DNA from: Octopus vulgaris
Taxonomy: Eukaryota
Direction: 5' to 3'
Assembly (NCBI GenBank): GCA_951406725.2
Contig: OX597814.1
Location: 49,786,001 to 49,850,000 of the forward strand
DNA length: 64,000 bases
Numbering within the stretch: position 1 is the stretch's first letter; each line of letters begins with the position of its first letter. The notes under the pieces are model-generated. The model did no database searches. It was given only the letters and a program-made list of their open reading frames with translations, and had not been told where the DNA came from. The position numbers and the translations under genes are program-made. Shown here in pieces: positions 55,512-64,000 of the stretch.

Positions 55512-57094
55512 ATTAGTTAGCATCTTAGCATATTACTGAGAAAACCAGTGAACGGCTATTCAATAGTTGAAGAAGTCTCCAGTTGAAGTTGATATTGCTA
55601 CCAGGTGGTTGTTTTTTTTTTGACCTCTTGTTCCCAAATGTCCAAAGCTTAAACACATTTACATATATGAAATATAATAAATATTTAGAATACAATTTTA
55701 TTGCAGTCTATAGACATTGTGGTTTTCTAGAATTAATATTTTTTTTTTCATTTATATTGCACGAACAGCCTAGTAAGGCCTAGTAAGAAGATTATTAATA
55801 TACTCAGTCATATGAGTCAACAAGAAAGAACCTCTATAGGGATGCTCGACCTGTTAGAAATAGTATCTAAATTCCTCTGGAATTATGCACTTCTTGTTTT
55901 GAAAAAAGAAAGATAGATAGATAATGTGGACGCAGGTAAGGCAATTTGGTTAAGATGCTCCAGGTTCGATTCAACAAATGGAACTTTAAGTAAGTGTCTT
56001 GGACCATAACTTCATGTTGATCAACACCGTATGAGTAGAATTTTATTTACAGAAACTGTGCAGAAGACCTTCGTACGCACAAACAGGCATTCAAACACCC
56101 ACATACAGATGTATGCATGTACATTTGTATATCTAGCTAATGTATACCGGCGAAAAACCAGTGTAACATGAACGAAAGTTTGTAGCGAGTTACAAATAAT
56201 TTCTCATTACTTGCGTCGTTAGAAATGTGAGAAAACAGTAACTGGTTCGCGGGAAACGTAACCAACGATGTTATTGTTCACAAATTGTAATATAAAGTAT
56301 ATAAAGTAAAAAATAAACTGCTGCAGAATACCTGACAAGAAAAAAACAAGAGAAGGCCAAGACTTGAACAACATTGATCAGGGTTGAACAGGACTAAAGT
56401 AAAATTGCAATAACTTGATCACACAAATTCGAGGACGCCTACCCATCCCACAAATTCAACTTAAGATTATAACAATAAAATTGACGAAGTAAACATGATA
56501 CAACTAAGGTAAGATTAACTATAAGGTACTGAATAAATGTTTCTGTATTACTATTGATTTTAGGGCTCAGATACATCGTTTTCCACAAGAAACAAATGCG
56601 TTTAGCTTATATATCGAATTAAATTTGATTTACCAGAGAAACATGTTTAAAAAATTATGAAAATATTGTTCACGTTATTTAACATTAAATGCAGAATTGT
56701 AAAGAGAGAATGAAAGCAAAAGAGATGGAAAACAGAGAGATAGAGGGATGGACATTAGGCAGGCGACAGAGAAAAATTAGAAACGAGTTATTAATGTTCC
56801 AACACACACACACACACACACACACACAGATGTATTTTTGTGATCCCCCCTCCTTCGACGAGGCGGATTCAGCAGTTCGATCAGCTGAATTAAATTGAAA
56901 ATGGATGAGCTTTCGGCAGACACATCAAAACTTAACGTAATTCTCCGGCAGAATCAACGTGACACTGTGTTCCAACGCAACACAATACACCCGACGGGTC
57001 CCAGAACAATTTTCCTCTAATTTCACTCGCAACATATGGGTCGATCCGAGCTATAGATAATACCATTTATCTAATGCAGGATATTTGATAAATT

Positions 57095-57190
57095 AGAGGA
57101 ATGAAGTTATATATGACTATTGGGTTCTGTGATGAAGTTTTATTTAAATTAGGAAGTTCATGAAATTCATTGAGGGTAGTAAATAAACTA
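57095..57190 (+). repeat. 96-bp inverted copy of 59911-60006
   Basis: Ungapped match with 8 mismatches in 96 nt to the reverse complement of 59911-60006. Confidence 0.95.
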
Positions 57191-57554
57191 TCAAAAATTG
57201 TAATTATTGTAGGCTTGCTATAGTTCCTTATATGACCCATGGCAGCAAAAGTGTACTTCCAAAGTTACTCGTCATATGACAGGTAACACTTGCACACACA
57301 TTTGTATATTTGTGTGTGTGTAATATGTACACATCTATGCACACACATATATGTAGAATATATATATATAATAACGAAGGTGGCTAGAAGTTTCGCCAGT
57401 AAACAGGTCGCAGTTTCAAAGCGACCGAAATATTTTGACACAAATTAAATTTAAATATTGAAGTGAATCTAATCGTTTTTGTATTCTTAAATGGCTTACA
57501 AACATCTTCTACGCTGCAATTGTTTTTGTTTCAGCACACAATCTCAGCTCCGTA

Positions 57555-57589
<35 letters not shown>

Positions 57590-57595
57590 TGTGTG

Positions 57596-58449
57596 TACAG
57601 GGTACATGGGCTAAATTTGACGATTTTTTGCCACCCATTTCAGGAATAGCTTGATGAATTTGTGACCAGTAAATAGTGTTGGAAAGCATAACAATAAAAG
57701 TTGTAGCTGAGAAAAAGTTAACTGACATGGAGGACTGATAGCCAGCTGCATATAGGAAGGGAGTTACTGGTATCATGATGATTCGCGTCGCGTATCACAA
57801 TACTGACATCATGACGCTCAATGCTCTTTGAACATTGTAAAAGCTGTAAGACGTGACATGGACTACTGCAACAGTGACTACAAAGCCATGACTAGCTGGA
57901 AGGGACACACTAGGCGTTCTGATTGCGTCCGCACGTCAGAATTCATCCCCACATCTTTGAACAGGGCCTTAAGCTCAACTCAGGCAACTATGTGAAGCTG
58001 TTGGAGACTGTGGTCAATCCCTGGATGGAAAGGGTTGCTGTTAGAAGGCCGTATGTGTGGCAGCAAGATCTGGCTTCTTGCCATACCACTGCAAAGCGCC
58101 AGAAATCACTGGCGGAGAATTTCTATGACTTCACCATCCCTAATTTCTGGCCCCCCAAAATCCTTCCGATTGCAATCTCTTGGCATGGTCGAGAAAGACA
58201 CCACCCGCACTGCCTGCGATTCCAAGGCCGAGCTAGTGGTCAAGGCCTCGAAAGGGTGTTTAAAGATTTTTTCAGGACACAGTGGGAAACGTATGCGCCA
58301 GGAACCTGAGGTCTGCTACTTTGAGTAAGCTGTTATCTCCCAGTCATAACCAAGTTGATATTTTTTGATTTTTAAAATACTTTATTTTCAGATGGGATAT
58401 TTTCTTTTCTTTTTATACAAACTATCTAACTGGGCTTGAACAACCTGTA
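57596..58449 (+). mobile_element. Decayed Tc1/mariner-superfamily transposon
   Basis: KLNSGNYVKLLETVVNPWM...YVWQQDLASCH...NFWPP is the catalytic QQD.APCH / WPP region. The ends read TACAGG...CCTGTA. Confidence 0.8.
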
Positions 58450-58526
58450 TGGTACATTTAATATACGCATCATACGTACATACATACATATAATATAGAT
58501 TTAATATTTATAGCATATATATGTCA

Positions 58527-58593
<67 letters not shown>

Positions 58594-59354
58594 TAGTTAA
58601 CATCTAAAAAGACAAAAAATTCATGTCTTCGATGTAATGAGGTAGCCTCTATGTTGTCCTTCAACCTGCTAGAAATAGCAGCCTAATCGTTCTCAAATGA
58701 AACCATACAACCCTAAACACAGATGAATTCGCAATATGCTTCTTGGAATACAAAAAGGTGCGATGATTATGAATTTGTGTATAGGTACGTCTAACAAGGG
58801 TGAATTGCGGACTCAAAATAACTACAACGGTAATTTTATTTTAAAAATTGTATACATCATATAAAAGTGGCAAAAAATAAGCTTTCTTTCTCTTTGTAGA
58901 CACGACACGATTAATTCCATGCTTCCCTTCACATTAATTGTTAATAGCTTAGAGTTTAGATATCAAAACGTAATGCTAAATTACAATTTACTTAAAGGTG
59001 TACATGGTTGATAAGGCCTTGGAATAAATATCCCGTGGTTTTACAGTTGTCTTTTCAACATGGCTTATTGTGATACACATACACACATAGACACACATAC
59101 GCACACTTATACATGCATATACAGATACGCACACATATTCTTTTGATAGAAAGATGTAGCCGATGTGTCTCTTAATGATTTCACACACGCATTAATCGCA
59201 TCAATTCGTCAAGTTGTCAACTTCTTGGTGAAAAGAGACACATCCACCATTTTCCCATGTGAGAGATTCAAGTGATATTTCTATAGCTGTGCTGAAAATA
59301 GAATATAATGCAAACATACATGGACTTTTAGATTTATCAGTTTCAAAATCTTCC

Positions 59355-59478
<124 letters not shown>

Positions 59479-59482
59479 CTCA

Positions 59483-59554
<72 letters not shown>

Positions 59555-59737
59555 TTCTTAGTCTCTGTCTGTCGCTCCCTCTCATCCGTTTTTCTCTCTC
59601 TACATATGTACATGTGAATATGTCCTTATGTGAGTGATTTTGTGTATATTTGTCTAACCTCTGAGTGTGTGTGTGTATGTGTGCGTGCACGTGTGTATGT
59701 ACGTGTGTGTATATGTGTGCATGTACGCGTGTGTGTG

Positions 59738-59786
<49 letters not shown>

Positions 59787-59922
59787 CAGTAAAGATAGGT
59801 TTGTGCAAACCAAAAGATAGCATTTTAAAGGATAGGTTAAACTAATACTAAGTTGAACTAATACATGAAAACAAGAGAAAATAAAAGAGAAATAACCGCT
59901 GCATTTTCGCTAGTTTATTTAC

Positions 59923-60042
59923 TGCCATCATTGAATTGCATGAACTTCCTAATTCAAATAAAACTTCTTCACAGAACCCGATAGTCATACATAACTTCAT
60001 TCCTCTGAGCAACAGGGGTTTGATATTAAAAACTGAGTTCAT
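59923..60042 (-). other. Candidate 120-nt exon (MNSVFNIKPLLLRGMKLCMTIGFCEEVLFELGSSCNSMMA, or 5' UTR)
   Basis: Strong acceptor TTTCTTTTTTCTTCTTTGTTTCCTACAG|ATG, but only a weaker donor GCA|GTAAAT. A possible upstream donor CAG|GTGACA lies at 60313/60312. Confidence 0.35.
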
Positions 60043-62432
60043 CTGTAGGAAACAAAGAAGAAAAAAGAAAGCAATGTTACAATTCTATGTTTTTATCGAT
60101 ATCTGTTCTCTTGTGAGATTTCATGTTTTTATTTTCTTACATTAAATCCACAACTTACAGAGAATTGAATTCTCGAGTGAAAAACACAATGCGCATAGGT
60201 TGTCGCCAACACTCCTTGCAGAGAATCGATTAGTAGACAACGCAAAACTTCCCGCCAAAAAAACCTGTGGATTGTTAATGCGGTTGGGTCGCTTGCGCTT
60301 TTCTACTGTCACCTGGACTCCACAGGGAAGTTATAGCAATAGATAGAAACAAATACATCACTGACAGTAAAACATTCACAGCAGAACAAAACACAAAGAA
60401 TATTCACAGAATAGTAACAACAAAAAATAAAGCCGCAACGGAATAGAATAAAATAAAACTTACATAACTCATTAAAGAATGGCACCGTTAATTTCTCTAG
60501 AGCTCTATTTTGTTTCTGGTTGTTAACTTCAGTTTCCGCCTGAAGCAACGTCTAGTAAATTGGTGGGCAACAATTAAGCAGGTTCTAATACACGCCTCAT
60601 CATTGTACATTCTGCAGATGTGCATCAAGATATTTTTTGTTTTTATAAATATTTTGCTGTGTTTTAAAATGAAAATCTAGATAAAAGCGCCTAGAAAATC
60701 AATAAATCTGCTGGAGGCTGCTTTTATCCCCACTATGTTAGATACTATGTTTTCTTGCAACATATATCTAAGCAAAATACAAAACATTATTCATTCACAC
60801 ATACGTCCATAAATAAACACATAGGAAACGTTTGTTGTTAATCTGCAGAATATTCACATATTTCAAAATAAAATAACCAATACAGTTAGAATTCCGACAT
60901 TTCTAGGAAAGGATCAATATCTATCCCTACACAAGTTTTACTCTTTCTTTGCAATTAACATAAATAGGAAACAAGTTAATGCATACAAAGCATAGTTATT
61001 TTTTTAATTAATTTAATTCAGAAAATGCTAAAATGTTAAAACAAAAAGGATATATAGATCCAGAAACCAGTTAACATATTATAAGCTAAATGTTATTAGA
61101 GTACCGAATCCTACAGAAATATATGTTTTTCAAACTTTATTAAAAAGGTCATGGTATTGTGTAAAAAGATAAGGATGAAAAGTATACAATGCAAGGAGTA
61201 AAATATAGTTGTAATTGTTCGGTTGATGCCTTACACTGCTATTAGGTGTGTAAGGCATAGATCGGTCATGGCAGTAATTGTAGATAAGAAAACCACATTC
61301 CAAGTCCAAAAATGTAAGATGGTGTCGCCACCTCAATACAAGTAACATAGATTACACATAAAGAACAGTGATACATGAATGATAGAAGTTCTAAGAAAAC
61401 AAAAGAGATCATATTATTTTTAAAGGGAGAGACCAGCGCTTAACATAACAGGGCATTTCAAGTTTTAGCATAAATTTAGCGTATCGAACTGTTCCGTACC
61501 TTATGTATCAGTTGTAGATACAACTAGCTTACAATTCAAAACTCCAGGTACAAGAATATGCTTGAAAGCTTAAAGCTTGCATATATATTTTGCACGAAAG
61601 CAAGATGAAAAGGTTTCTTCTGCACATTCAATGTATTACCATACAGGATCATGGTCTTAATATTTTGGATTACTCATTGATGGCAATAATTACCACAGCC
61701 GTTTTACCATTTCCTTTTTGCAACTATACAGCATTTTATCTTAGAATTACTACCTTCTCCGTTTTTTCAAAAACCTAATGTATTTTGAAAACGACGTAGT
61801 ACTACCCTTGCTCTTGAATGTAAAATAGATCTCGCTTAACCTGATGTGTATCTTTTCTGTGACGTCTACTGATTCCGCGTAAGATCTGTATAATATTTCT
61901 TTTCAGAGATATTTTCTATTTACAGAACGACTAACCAATGTCGATTGCACACTGGCCTCCAGCATATTGACAGAGCTACTATTAAGCAGACTTCATCTGT
62001 AGGTAACATATGGCATGAAGGAAGGCAAGTCAACGAACAGGGGAAATTCACAGAGCCATTCCTCCTATGTAGTATCGATTCTTATGTATCGTTTTGTAAT
62101 TTATGTTCCAATTTTTCTTTCCTTTTTTTTTTTACTCGTTCAACTTTTGGAAATGGTAAAGCTCTGGCCTCCCGATAAGTCAGTTTCGTTGTTGGACGTG
62201 GAATGCAACGAGTCGAAAGAAACATCAAAAAGCATTTTGCTAACCCAATTATTATAACCAACATTTTAAATAATACTAGTAATATTATTGCGCATAGATA
62301 GAGGTCACGTAAATACTTTTAATCAAATTCTTTCTAAATAAATTTGAACCCATTTCCGAACCGAATACAATAACTTCTATATTTTGTAATTGTTTACTTT
62401 CAATTTTAAAATTTAACTTTTATGTTGTAGCA

Positions 62433-63068
62433 AAGGTAGCGAGCAGGCAGAATCGTTACTATACCAGGCGAAATACTTAGCGGCATTCCGTTCCTCTTTA
62501 CGTTCTGAATTCAAATTCCACCGAGGTCAACTTTGGTTTCCACCCTTTCAGGGTCGATAGAGTTAGTAGAAATTGAACTCTGAAGCCGATGTAATCGACT
62601 TCGACTTACTCAAAATGCCTAAAAATTGTTGGCTTTGTGCCAAAATTTGAAACTAATAATCCTTTCTGTTATAGGTACAAGGCCTGGAATTTTGAGGGTG
62701 TGGGCTAGTCCATCTAGTCAACTCCAGGGATGGACTGATACTGAATTTATAGACCCCGAAAGGATGAAAGGTAAATCCGACCACATCGGAATTTGAACTC
62801 GGAACGTAAAGACAGGCGAAATGCCGCTAAACATTTTATCTGACGCGCTAACGATTCTACTAGATCATCGCCTTCAACATTACTGGTTTCAAATTTTGGC
62901 CCAAGTTCACCAACTTTATGTTCTTATTTCAAATTCTGCGAAGGTCGACTTCGGCTTTCATCCTTTCGGGGTCGATAAAATAAGTTGCGGTTGAACTCTG
63001 GGATCGACGTAATCGACCTACACCCTCCCCCTAAATTGCTGGCCATGTGCCAAAATTTGAAACCAATA
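62433..63068. mobile_element. Cluster of three SINE family C copies in alternating orientation (+,-,+)
   Basis: Cores at ~62520 (+), ~62760 (-) and ~62945 (+). Confidence 0.8.
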
Positions 63069-63483
63069 TTAATGAGCTTAGATATTAAGAAACTCCAGCA
63101 ATAGCCACTCCCTATTTTCTAAAGATGGTAGGTTTAGATTTGAGCAAAATATAACCGCTATTTCTCGTATTCCGAGTTATCTCGTAGAGGGCACCGGTTG
63201 GCCTGTTAACACACATGCAGAATGTGATGGTAACCAAATGTGATGCGGAGGATAGAGTCAGTTCGAGAACGATAGTTGCCGTTGCTCTAGACTACTGGTT
63301 CTCAATTGTGGTCTATTAAGCGCATGGGGAGTCCATATAAAATTTTGCTGCTTAAGTTTATGTGAAATAAATCGGTTATATTTCTACAATACACAAAGTA
63401 TTAAAAAAATTTAAAAAATAATATCTAATAATATTTAATAAATAAAATAAGATTGGATTTTTAAACATGGAATGGTTCTGACT

Positions 63484-63650
63484 ATCTAGTATATATAAAT
63501 CACTGTATGTGTGTACATTTCCACAATCTTTAATCGATTTTCACCAAACTTTACATACACATTACTTATGTTCCAAGAACGGTCATGTACTATAACATTT
63601 TGCCCAGAGCTCCCGCGTAAGTGGACCTAAATGGACATAGATTTTTTGTA
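63484..63650 (+). mobile_element. Helitron-like 5' end
   Basis: TCTAGTATATATAAATC.CTGTATGTGTG...ATCGATTTTCACCAAACTTT follows the Lep1-like 5' pattern. It interrupts a hAT-like fragment (CTGGTTCTCAA at ~63295). Confidence 0.45.
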
Positions 63651-64000
63651 TGTAGGGTTTTCCATAGTTTTAAAATCCTTTTATAAAGGTGAAAATATTT
63701 TGTCTATTTATTTCGACTGTCTAGTTGCCACAGTGATTAAATTAACTAGGATCACTGTACGCGATGAATATCCAATACCAAACAATCTTAATCTCCTTAT
63801 TTGAACTGCATTAAACTTTGACAAGCTTACCTTTAACTATTCTGAGTTACTTGAAACGTGATGCTCCCTTCCATCTCTTCTATTTTTTTACTGTTGTCCA
63901 TTGTTTCAATACGTTTTATCGTTGTCGTTCTAGCCTTTTTTAAACAATCCAATCTTTAAAAAAGAGTTTTTTCTTCCACTAGTGAAAGCTATACGTATCT

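Overview
AT-rich, repeat-dense eukaryotic DNA. The tRNA-derived SINE families and the microsatellite load suggest a coleoid cephalopod, probably Octopus (inference, no database search). Most of the window reads as intronic or intergenic DNA filled with microsatellites, SINEs and decayed transposons: Gypsy LTR, Penelope, R4/Dong, RTE, CR1, Tc1/mariner and Helitron. The only long intact coding sequence is a young minus-strand CR1-group LINE (~50930-55193). It has an intact 1005-aa APE+RT ORF2 and a polyQ ORF1 with two CCCH zinc fingers. ORF1 lacks an N-terminal ATG and appears 5'-truncated. The LINE 3' end plus its flank is tandemly duplicated, possibly an assembly artefact. A few small candidate minus-strand exons of an unidentified host gene are visible (32134-32223, 10523-10567, possibly 59923-60042). 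Other items of note: a minimal hammerhead-ribozyme motif in a Penelope 3' tail; a 96-bp inverted copy of a candidate exon 2.7 kb downstream (possible RNA-editing complementary sequence); a ~270-bp-arm foldback hairpin; SINEs with a 184-bp internal tandem unit; and a Helitron containing a LINE-like fragment. Nearly all short ORFs in the supplied track are microsatellite translations.
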